64,000 nucleotides of DNA. It comes from Octopus vulgaris (lineage: Eukaryota). A program made the translations under genes and the position numbers. The DNA is taken from positions 27,528,001-27,592,000 of the forward strand of contig OX597829.1 of NCBI GenBank assembly GCA_951406725.2, given 5' to 3'. Below are positions 11,812 through 23,900 of this stretch, one piece after another; the stretch's first letter is position 1, and every line of letters starts with the position of its first letter. The notes below the pieces were generated by a model. That model was not told the DNA's origin, ran no database searches, and was given only the letters and a program-made list of their open reading frames with translations.

Positions 11812-11937
11812 ATATAGAAGGAGCTTCTACAGGACTAGAACTGTTTCATTCAAGAGAAATCTTCAGGAAGCTCCTGAGCTTCCTGAAGATTTCTCTTGAA
11901 TGAAACAGTTCTAGTCCTGTAGAAGCTCCTTCTATAT
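11812..11937. repeat. 62-bp perfect palindrome carrying hammerhead-like cores on both strands
   Basis: Arms are 11812-11873 and 11876-11937 with a 2-nt loop. CTGAAGA (11883)...GAAAC (11902)...GTC (11914). Flanked by (TA)n. Confidence 0.85.
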
Positions 11938-12010
11938 GATAAATTATTTTTACTCTGCTATGTATTGAGTACCTTATTTACTGTGGTTAACCCCGAATCA
12001 ACCCGGGACC

Positions 12011-12071
<61 letters not shown>

Positions 12072-12715
12072 ACAGAGTTATTCAGTTTTGGCACAGCTTA
12101 GCATAAGTTCAGATTTTGCAAGACAATATTGACTATGCATTTACACACACATGTGCACACTCATAGAGAGAGAGGGAGAGAGAGAGAGAGACTGCTATAT
12201 TTGTACTCACTGTAGGAGCAGCAGTACTCCATTATGGATCATGTTTAACACTTGATAGTGTTGTTGGCCATGAGAAACAGCTTCTGGTCCTGGATAACAG
12301 AAGTCAGTCACTGGGTGTGGGTAGTGATGTAGATAAGGAAGTAAGCTCTCAACGACATGATACAGAGCTCATTTTTGATTCTCTATTGGAGCCACTTGAC
12401 AACAATTACACTATGCTTACAAGGATGGATATAGTTATCATGACAATGTTTTTTTTTTTCCACTTGCCCATGAAGTGCAGGCTATGTTGTCTCTGACTTT
12501 TCAAAAGAGCCATTATTGTATAAATATGTAAATACAATTTTCTCTTTCCTTTTTTACTAGGTGTGACACCAATTTTTGGAGTGCTTATGCATGTGTGTGT
12601 GTGTTTGTATACACATTCATGCTAGAATTTGTCAAATATGTAGAGACCGCTGTTCACTTAAAATTATATATAGATATACACACATACTCATACATGCATA
12701 TACATATACATATAC

Positions 12716-12777
<62 letters not shown>

Positions 12778-12855
12778 CTCCTCAGATTTTTGTATGCTGG
12801 ACTACTGGTCTTAAATTGATATTAAAATCAATATTAATTTATCTCCCTCATTATT

Positions 12856-12958
<103 letters not shown>

Positions 12959-13220
12959 ATGTATATATGTATATATGTGTGTGTGTGTATATATATATGT
13001 ACATACATATATAGAGATTTGGCAATGCAAAAAGGAAAAGTGGAACACAAGACAAGTATATATATATATATATATATAGTTAATCCAAACAAGAAAGCAC
13101 AAAAAACACAACAACGCGAGGACATGGAACAAATATAGTATTACTGGACGCTCAGGAAAGAAGGAGGGTTTAATGTTTCGAGCGGAGCTCTTCGTTGGAA
13201 ACATAGGAGAATATTATTAA

Positions 13221-13271
<51 letters not shown>

Positions 13272-13641
13272 CATTATTATTATCATTATTATTATTATTA
13301 TTATTATTAATATTTAGCAGAAACAACAGAGTGACTCAATGGCTGAGAGTTTCGTATGTTAGCACTGGTCAAACCAATTACAAAGCAAGAGATTATAAAT
13401 TTATAAACCAGTGATAGTGGCATGTCCCCGGGTAGTTCTGGAACAAATTATAAAAGCAATTACAACGTCACATGGATAATTCATATTTCTCAAATAGCTT
13501 GCAAAATATAAATTTTCAATTTGAAAAGTGAATTGTCTACATGACACCGCTATCATGGCAGTGGTACTCAGCATGACTGCAATCAAGTGATATTAAGGCA
13601 AAGAAACAACTGCATGCACACGCACACGCACATGCACACGT

Positions 13642-13679
<38 letters not shown>

Positions 13680-13924
13680 ATACAAACACACACATAAAAG
13701 CGGTGAGCTGGCAGAAATGTTAGTACGCCGGGTGAAATGCTTAGCGGTATTTCGTCTGCCGTCACGTTCTGAGTTCAAATTCTGCCAAGGTCGACTCTTT
13801 CTTTCATCCTTTCGGGGTTGATAATTTAAGTACCAGCTACGCAGTGGGATTGATGTAATCAACTTAATCCGTTTATCTGTCCTTGTTTGTCCCCTCCATG
13901 TTTAGCCTCTTGTGGGCAATAAAG

Positions 13925-13965
<41 letters not shown>

Positions 13966-14607
13966 CATATATCTGTAAAAGAAGTACACTCTAAAGCAGG
14001 GGTGGGGAAACCCCTGCCCGCAGACACATTTGTGCCCACAAACCCATTTTATTGCGCCTGCAGGCTGGTATACTCATATGTACAAAAATAAAGTCAATTT
14101 TTCAATCATAAAATAAATGTTGGAAAGAAAACTAGTTTGGAATTCTCAATATAATATTACAATAATCATGATATATATATCTTTTAGAGATGTAATTGAT
14201 ACATCAATTAATTATACATATATGTTGGGGACATGAAGTGCATCCAGCCATAGACCATCTATTGGTGACAGGAAGAGCATCGATGCAATCATGGAAATCT
14301 AGATGATAAAATGATAAATATATACTTCACATCATCCATCTATTGTCTTGGATTAATCCAGATATGAAATTCAGAGTAATGATGTTGTATACTATATCAG
14401 TTTTCAAATAATTTAGTAATATATCCATATCAAGTAATCTTTTTATTTTAGGGTTTATGTAAATTCTTTAAGTATCAGTACATAGACAGGGAGACAGAGA
14501 GACAGGCAGATACAAGCTTGTCTGATCATGGTACAATTCAAGCATGAACAGTAGTTCATATTGTAGTCCTACTAATAGTGGAACAGTACACTATATATAT
14601 ATATATA

Positions 14608-15305
14608 TATCATCATCATCATCATCATCATTTAATGTCAGTTTTCCATGCTAGCATAGGTTGGACAGGGTCTGGGAAGCCAGGAGGCTGCACCAGACTC
14701 CAGTCTCATCTGGCAGTGTTTCTACAGCTGGATGCCCTTCCTAACGCCAACCACTCCATGAATGTAGTGGGTGCTTTTTACATGCCACCAACACAGGTGC
14801 CAGAGGAGGTTGGCAATGGCCACAATCGGTTGGTGCTTTTTACGTGCCACCGGCATGGAAGCCAGACAGCTCCATAAAGATGTGCCCACCTCTCAAAGTG
14901 GATGGAACATGTGGAAGTAGGAGACTTAGGAAGACATAGGATCAAATACTAAAGGACGACTTTAGAAAGCTGAACCTTTCAGCTGAGATGACAAAGGACC
15001 GAGATACCTGGCACCTGGCCATACTGAAAAAAACTCTGCAGCAGAGGTTTTAAGGCCAGTCCTTCTGGTGGTGAAAAGCAATCATGGCATTACCATGCAA
15101 AAGTGCCTGTACAGTTCCACATAAAAGCACCCATGCAGTGCCGCGTAAAAGCATTCAGCACCCTCTAAAAAGTGGTTGGTGTTATGAAGGGTATCCTGCA
15201 GCAGAAACCATGCCAAATCAGACTGGAGTTTGGTGCAGCCTCCAGCCTGCTAGCTCTGGTCACAACGTCCAACCTGTGCGAGCATGGACAATAGATATTA
15301 AATGA
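14608..15305. mobile_element. Two back-to-back RTE LINE 3' ends
   Basis: A (CAT)n tail plus TTTCCATGCTAGCATAGGTTGGAC UTR on minus, followed by a plus-strand fragment with a related UTR. The same UTR occurs at 41630-42092 and 51170-52045. Confidence 0.65.
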
Positions 15306-15644
15306 TGCTGACACATATATGTGAAAAAATAAATAAATAGATATATAGATAAATATATATTCTTCTATTCTTTTATTTGTCTCAGTCATTTGACTGTGGC
15401 CATGCTGGAGCACTGCCTCGGGGGGTTTTTCTCAAAGAAATTGACCCCAGGACTTATTCTTTGTAAGCCTAGTACTTATTCTATCGGTCTCTTTTGCCAA
15501 ACCGCTAAGTTACAGGGACATAAACACACCAGCATTGGTTGTCACATGATGGCAGGGGGCCAAACACAGATACAAACACACATAAATATATACATATATA
15601 TATATATGTATATGTATATATATGTATATATATATATGTATATG

Positions 15645-15705
<61 letters not shown>

Positions 15706-16265
15706 TTACCAAATCCACTCACAAGGCTTTGGTTAGCCTGAGGCTATAAGAGGAGACTTGCCCAAGTGGGACTGGACCTGGAATCATGTGGTTGGGAAGC
15801 AAGTTTCTTACTACACAGCCACACCTTCATGTACTGGTGGTGTAAAGCATATATATATATATTTTGCTTAGGCATTAGAAGACTAATAACCAGAAGTAGA
15901 ACTCAATATACATATGCTTCTGGATGAAGCTTTAGTTGAATACAGAATGGTAATATGAAAACAGGATGACAAAGGAATAAATGGTATATTTATTATGTAG
16001 TATTAAATTTTAAGATAATTAGGCATTATATTAATTGATATTTAGTTAACTATATTATAGATTCATATATTAAATCTATAGATACTACACATGTATATTA
16101 ATTATATAGTTAGCTTATTTAATGAGTTTGTCTATATTTGAACCATTTCTTATTTAGATTACAATTTAATGACTTGTACTCGCATTTTGTATATTAATTA
16201 ATTTTAAAGTATTTAATAATTTAAGTATTGTTTTAGTTTTCACTTAAGGTATATTTAGTATTTTA

Positions 16266-16372
<107 letters not shown>

Positions 16373-16397
16373 GTATATATGTATATATATGTATATA

Positions 16398-16442
<45 letters not shown>

Positions 16443-16443
<1 letters not shown>

Positions 16444-16733
16444 GAGGTGCAATGGCCCAGTGGTTAGGGCAGCGGACTCGAAGTCGTAGGATCACGGTTT
16501 CGATTCCCAGACCGGGCGTTGTGTGTTTATTGAGTGGAAACACCTAAAAGCTCCATGAGGCTCCGGCAGGGGGTGGTGGTCCCTGCTGTACTCTTTCACC
16601 ACTCTTTCTCTCTATCTTCTGTTGGCCTGCTCGCTTAGCCAGCGGGGTGGCATCGTTCGAAAGCTAAAACAATGCGAACACATTATGACCAGCGATGTGT
16701 AGCAACATCTGATGGTCTGGTCGGTCACATGAT

Positions 16734-16740
<7 letters not shown>
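16443..16740 (+). mobile_element. tRNA-derived SINE (family C), well preserved, inserted in (TA)n
   Basis: Head GGAGGTGCAATGGCCCAGTGGTTAGGGCAGCGGACTCG...GGTTTCGATTCCC with A/B boxes, followed by a non-tRNA body. (TA)n lies on both sides. Confidence 0.8.
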
Positions 16741-16782
<42 letters not shown>

Positions 16783-16841
16783 CACATATATATATTAAAG
16801 TATATTTATTAATTAATTAATTTATTATTCTAGTTTATTTT

Positions 16842-16945
16842 TAACCTGATGAGTGGCTATATTTATATCAAAGTGATTTTACTACTACTATTAATTTTTG
16901 TAGTATAATCATTTCTTAAATATAGTCACGAAACATGTGTCATTA
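16842..16945 (+). ncRNA. Hammerhead motif with long stem II and eroded stem I
   Basis: CTGATGA (16846)-GTGGCTATATTTA...TAAATATAGTCAC-GAAAC-ATGT-GTC (16941). Confidence 0.7.
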
Positions 16946-17098
16946 TTCTACCAATTATATACGTTTTTATTATTTTTTTGCAATTTATTTAATCATTGGT
17001 ATTTTATTGTTATTTTAATTTTAATATTTCTATTATATGTAATTTTCTAGATGGTGTAATTTAATTGTTCATTTTGAATTGATAAAAGGTGTTTTTTT

Positions 17099-17157
<59 letters not shown>

Positions 17158-17159
<2 letters not shown>

Positions 17160-17989
17160 CAGTCCTCATGATAAAGTACGATTTTACATTGGAAGCACGT
17201 CATTACAGTTATCTAAAAGAATTTCTATCCATTACTCAGCATTTAGGGATAGGAATAAACGTAACAGTACAGGGCTCAGTAAATTAATTTGGGATCTAAA
17301 AGACCACAATGAACAATTTCATTTAGAATGGTTGATTCTCTCAATCTCAATACCTTATGACAAAGGCAAGGAATTCTGTCTTCTCTGTAATTCTGAACTA
17401 TTTTTCATTATTTTTTTCTAAAAATCCCCTAGTAAACACGGTTATAGAGTGTGCATACCGATGTAAACATTGGCAAAAACACACCTTTAGTTCATATAAG
17501 TAATTTCTATTATTATATATAATTTAAACATTAATTTTCTTTTTATATTTAACAGTCACTAAAAAAATATCCCTCCTCTTTCTATAGGTTGCTTCTGATG
17601 TTATATCATATAAAGTTTTTTCAAACAATATTAATTGCATTCAGTAAATCACTATACATATCCATCGTTTTCTGTTAAAATGTCTTATTGACAAGTTTCA
17701 TTTCTTCACTTCTCTGAAGAGAAGATTACATTGTTTTACACCATTTATTCCTTTGGAATAATATCAGTGAAATCTTCGAAACATGTGTCAGAAGTAAAAG
17801 TATTTGAATTATACCTGCGTTAAACTCCATTTATTTATATATTATTATATGACACATTTCATGTACACCCGAAGTTTCTACCTTTAAAAACAAAGAGTTA
17901 CAACCTCTTTACTTGTGTGATTTTTTGCTAGCCTGGTAACTATTTATCTATTTTTTTGTGTTAATTGTTAACAAGGGAAAAATACACTC

Positions 17990-17995
<6 letters not shown>
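17158..17995 (+). mobile_element. Penelope-like element 3' end: GIY-YIG endonuclease remnant plus pLTR
   Basis: FYIGST..LSKRI..H...F.....STGLSKLIWDLK...W.I....PY.....CLLCNSE, then RCKH after a break. A hammerhead follows downstream. Both sides are bounded by (TA)n. Confidence 0.85.
17708..17795 (+). ncRNA. Intact type I minimal hammerhead ribozyme (Penelope type)
   Basis: ACTTCT-CTGAAGA-GAAGATT...AATCTTC-GAAAC-ATGT-GTC-AGAAGT: a 6-bp stem I, a 7-bp base of stem II, a canonical core and a palindromic helix III loop. Predicted cleavage is after C17789. Confidence 0.88.
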
Positions 17996-18027
<32 letters not shown>

Positions 18028-18410
18028 GTATGTGTGTGTGTGTATGTTTGTGTGCCTGTGTTTGTCCCCCCAACATTGCTTGATAACCAATGCTTGTGTG
18101 TTTACATCCCCATAACTTAGCGGTTCGGCAAAAGAGACTGACATAATAAGTAGCAGGCTTACAAAGAATAAGTCCTGGGGTCAATTTGTTCAACTAAAGG
18201 TGGTGCTCCAGCATGGCCACAGTCAAATGACTGAAACAAGTAAAAGAGTAAAAAGGGTATATAGGAAAAAGCAACTGAATAATGTTATTGTAGGTGTTGA
18301 AATTGTGGTGATATATGATCGATAACTGATGAAGGATTGAACATGTCTACGCACGTTGTGTGTGTTTTCCCCCTCATTCCATTTGTTCCTTTGCTATCTT
18401 ACAGAGCCAG

Positions 18411-18453
<43 letters not shown>

Positions 18454-19717
18454 GACAATGACTTGTTGATAAAATAAATGGGGATGCTGCTTCAGAAAAT
18501 TTTTAGCCATTGTTTTGATATTGTGTAAAAGGAAACACACATATAAAAAAAATTTATACATAAATTTGATCAGTTTGTGTTTTAGCCACTGCCAGTAGCT
18601 TAATTTGTTCACTGAACACCACTGTGAATTCCCCCTTGTTTTTCAAAAATCCCCCTAAATTACAAAATAAGAGGGGGAAATCTGCCCTATTTTTTCAAAT
18701 CCTGGCTGCAACTGGAAGCAGGATAATAATCTAATTCTACACTTTATCACATTCAAAAAATATAAACATATTTTTTAGCATAAAGCAGGTGGAGTCAAAA
18801 AGAAATACTACCTCTCACCAGCACACCAGGTTCAGCATTGTATGAGCAACAGTGCTCTCTCTCCCTAGCGTGCAGCTTCCTATCTCGGACATGTAAGCAT
18901 GCATACAACAGCCAAACACTCCGTTGCTGGAACTGTGAAGTGCACAGTTCTATACAAGGATTTTTGTATTTTTTCATAAACTAGGGAATGGCTATTGACA
19001 TTAAGTTTATATTGTTATATTGAATGTTATCGATAATATCAAGTGGAAATAAAGGGATGCTGCAGTTCCGTAGTGCCTATACTTGAGCCACCACTGATAG
19101 ATATGTTTCTTTATTAACCACACAGGGCTGCACACAGATAGAACAAATTACAAGGTAGAGCTTTTCTTTTGAAGGTTTAAAAAAAAAAAAAAAGGAAGGG
19201 GGAGTTTCAATCAAAAGGGATCGTAAAAGGAGAGAAAGAGGACAAAAAAAAGGAGATAGATAAACTGAAAGACAGACAGACAGATAGACAGTCAGACAGA
19301 CAGCCATAGATAGATTGACAGACAGACAGACAAACAGGTGTGTTGAAATAATGTTGATTATGAATCATTAAAGAAATTACAGCTAATTAGAATTGTCTAT
19401 TAATTATAATGAAACTAGTTGCCACTTGAATTTAATGCCAAACCACTTCTTAAGATTGGATGAAGAAGTTGGGAATGGGAGAATAACATCAAAAACTAAA
19501 CTTAATGATTGACTCAACAATAAAGTATCCAGTATTTGTTTTCAACTTGATAAACACAGGAAAGACACACACCGCACACAACACACACACACACACAAAC
19601 ATACACACACACACAAACATACATACACCTTCACAAACACACACTGTTCTATGTTTTCTTCAAGGTCAATGAATTTTATTTGCCATGCACACACGCACAC
19701 ACACTCATAGACACTTT

Positions 19718-19758
<41 letters not shown>

Positions 19759-20274
19759 GCTGCTTTTATTTACTTTCTATACACATGTTTCCTGTAAGCT
19801 AAATTGGCAGCAGAAACAGTAAATTGATTTCCAAAGATCAAGTGAAGGAAAATTGCGTGTGTGTGTGTGTGTGTGTGAGGAGAGAAGTGGAGAAGTCATA
19901 AGGTAAAAATGTCATTATCAAAGAATTCATTTAAAACCACATCTTACAGACATTGGCAGCAACATTTTTTCATTGTAGGGAGGAATCCAAGCTAATACCC
20001 TGGAATGATTTGTTGGTGAGTGATCAGTGAAAAGAAAGGTTATGATTTCAAACCCCAACGCTGTTTGGTCTTCAAAGCCCAAGTATCCATGATACAACTC
20101 TATTGAAACAATGGAATGCTGTGTGATTGCAGAGAGATACCAGTGCTACAGCCTGTCGTGGTTCATCTGGAATAAGACGATTGGACATGGCTGATTGAAT
20201 GCTAGTAACTTGGTGCAACTGACTGGACATAGAATCTGTTTTGACAACAGTACTTTTTGACACCAGAAATATAG

Positions 20275-20326
20275 CTAGACAGACGGACAGACAGACAGAT
20301 AGATAAACAGACAGACAGACAGACAA

Positions 20327-20381
<55 letters not shown>

Positions 20382-20448
20382 GATAGACAAATAGATAGAT
20401 AGATAGATAGATAGGTAGGTAGGTAGGTAGGTAGATAGATAGATAAAC

Positions 20449-20490
<42 letters not shown>
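20275..20490. repeat. Compound (GACA)n(GATA)n(GGTA)n(GA)n microsatellite, representative of dozens of SSRs in the window
   Basis: Seen directly. Other examples are (TCTA)n at 2750-2850, (CA)n at 9320-9408, (TTA)n at 13212-13308 and (TA)n at 16263-16440. Confidence 0.97.
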
Positions 20491-20493
<3 letters not shown>

Positions 20494-20881
20494 TTATGGT
20501 TTATTAATTGAACATGTTGGATATAAATACTTTTCCTCTCATCATACACATAATGAAAAATATGCTCATAGATAAATAGTGAGAGAGAGAGACAGACATA
20601 CCGGCACAGAGAGAGAGAGAGAGAGAGAGAGTGAAAGAGAGTGAAAGAGAGAAAGAGGGAGAGATTATAACTTACAGAACACAATTTAAATAAAATAAAT
20701 TCCTCTTCTCACACACATAAACAGAGAGAGAGGGTAAGAGAGAGAGAGAAGGAGAGAGATTAGAGTTTATTAATTAAACTTTAAGAGAAATATGGTGACA
20801 CACACAAACAAGAGAGAGAAAGGGGGAGGGAGAGAGAAAGAGACATAACTTACGGAACAACATAAAATCTTTTCCTTTCCT

Positions 20882-20926
<45 letters not shown>

Positions 20927-23900
20927 AAGAGAGGAAGAGACAAGATATAACTTATTGAACAGGATAAACACAAACACTTTTCCTCTGCTCATGCACAAAC
21001 AGAGAGAGAGGGAGAGAGAAAGAGGGAGGGATAAAAGAGAAGAAGATGGAGGGAGAGAGAGAGAAACATTACAATTTATCAACTATACATGATTGTCATA
21101 AACACCTTGCATCTCATGCACATAATGGGAGAGAGAGAAAGAAAGAGAGAGGTAGGGAAGACAACAAGGAAAATAAAACACCTGATGTCAAATAAGTCAA
21201 CGTTGAATCAGCGATGACAAATAAATATTGCCAGAATGCTCCAAACCCCACCCTAACAGTATCCCTGTTTTTTAATCTCTTGTGAGAATTTGAACGCATT
21301 CTTCAAGGCTTCTTACCTAATGCCCCTACAAGTTCTGCCAACCCACTCCACTGGTACCTTATCAAGTCAAAAGGATGAATGACAAAGCTGACTTTGGTAG
21401 GAACTGAAATCAGAGCACAGGTATCCAGCACAAATGGCAGGTAGCTCTCTTCTTAGACAAGGGGACTTCTTAGTCATGCAAGTTACATGGTAGCCTTATT
21501 AGTGCAGGTGCCCTGCATGAAAAAGTGCACCCACTGCACACTATACAGTAGTTAATATTATGAAGGTCACCCAGCCATAGAAGCCATGCCAAAACTGAGA
21601 CAATAGAACAGGACATGGTCTTCCTACCCACTAGATCCTGTTGACCCATTCAGCACGTAAAGTAGATAAGAAATGATGATGAAGAGGAGGAGGGAGAGAA
21701 AGAGGAAGAGGAGGAAGAGGAGGAGGAAAAGAAGATGTCTTGATCTTGGTTATTATAGTTTCAATGTTTCAATCCAAGACAGTAAAATTAAGTAGGTGAA
21801 CTAGTGAGTAGGCTAACTTGGCAAATTAAAAGTTCAGCTACCAGACCAGTTTTATATAAGAGCTTTTATTAAACAAGTTCAACCTCTAGGCCACTGAAAT
21901 TACACATACTCTCTCTCTCTCTTTCTGACTGAGCCATCACAAAGTAGATAAACAACTCATAAAAAGAGTATCCTTGGTATGGACAATGGACTGAGAATAT
22001 TCTCCTGTGAATTAATGGCTTCAGTTCCAAAAAAAACTTTACCAAATACAACAAACACCTGAAGATGGCTGGAGGATACAACAGTTGAAATGCTGTTTCT
22101 AATAACTAATATAAAGACACCTTACATATCAGTGTATAATCTAAGTACAAAAGTAGTAATGAAGTGATTTTGCTTGGGAACACAATACAACACCAGGTCC
22201 AGGAATTGAAACCACAATCTTATGATCATGAGACAAACACCGTAACTACTAAGCCATGCACCTCCACACCAGCAGTACTTGACTTGGTTTTTAATTTTAT
22301 CATCTCCAAAGGGATAAAAAATAATGTTAGCCACGGCAAGATATAAAACTTGGAAAATAATGTCTTAGAACAACTACAGTACAGTTCTGACACTCTAATG
22401 ATTCATAGAGTGTGATAATGATGGAGTCTTCTCTCAAAAATTCAGACAAAACAAATAAATACAGAAGAACAATATCAAGAATAAAGTAATCTTTATTTTA
22501 ATGATAGCATAATTCATTTTTTAAAGAGGGGGGTGGAAAAAAATCAAACAAAGATTATGAAATAAAAATTACAAAAAAGAAAAAAAAACATGTATTTCTT
22601 TGTCATTTATTTCCTTTACAATTCCTGTTGGCATTCCTGTTTGTCAATTTTTTTTTTTTTAATATGAATTTAAATTTAAAGTTGATTGAAAAAAAAATAA
22701 TTGAATAATTCTTCAGCAGTTCAAACTGGTCCCATATGTATTGGAAAATAATACATACTTGCCTTACAAGTATACATGCATGTAAGTTACTTGTGTATGT
22801 ATATATCAGAAATATATAAACATATAAATCTTTTCTACAAAAGGCACAAAGCCTGAAATTTGGGGGGTAGAGGCTAGCTGATTATATCACCCCCCCCCCC
22901 CCAGTATTCAACTGGTATTTATTTTATTGAACTTCATAGGATGAAGGCAAAATCGACTTAGGTGGAATTTGAACTCAATAAAGCCAGAAGAAATGTCACT
23001 AAGCACTTTGTCCGACATGTTAATGATTCTGCTGGGTCACTGCCTTAAATTAGCAAGCTATTATAATTAAGAAAAATATGCACTCCATTTATTATTATTA
23101 CTATTTTTTTTTTTTGGTGCCATTTGATCCACTCACTATTTAGGAAAACAAAGCCAAACCAATTTACTTAAATCATCAGAGGGGGGCAGAGTTTAGAATT
23201 AAGAAGCTTCAACTCAAATAAATATGAATGGGGAGAGTAAGGAACAATTCTTGCCACATTAAGCAATTGTGGTATTGTGAAGGTTGCTGACACTCATAGC
23301 CAGATCAAGTGGAATTACATCCATCCACTGAGAATGAAGATGTTTATAATAGTAATCTTAAATGGAACAACAGGTTTTTAATTTTTCAACAGATTCAATA
23401 TGTGCATGTTTGTGTAATTGAATATACAATCATTTATTCACATTCTAAAGATGCTAAAATAATATCTCAACAGTTTCAGGCATCTTTTCTTAATATAGCT
23501 TATACATACATGGACACAAACACACACACCACAGACATACACTCTCTCTATGCATATCAGTATATATATATAAGTATATATGCCTATATATATAAATGTG
23601 TGTATGTATGTACACAAATGCATAAATATATACATATGTATAGTTATGTGTATACATACATGTATGTATATACATATAAATGTACAGACACACACACATA
23701 TATAGATAGATGTGTATATATATTTATAAATAAATATGCATTTATATATACACAAACACAAATATATATGTAGACATATATATATATATATATACATATA
23801 AATATATACACATTCTTATACATATACACATAGATACACATAATATACATACACATTTACATTCACACATGTTCATATACATATATATAAACATATATAT

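Noticed and set aside
16443-16515. Possible tRNA gene
   Set aside because: The tRNA-like head lacks a proper acceptor stem and continues into a SINE body.
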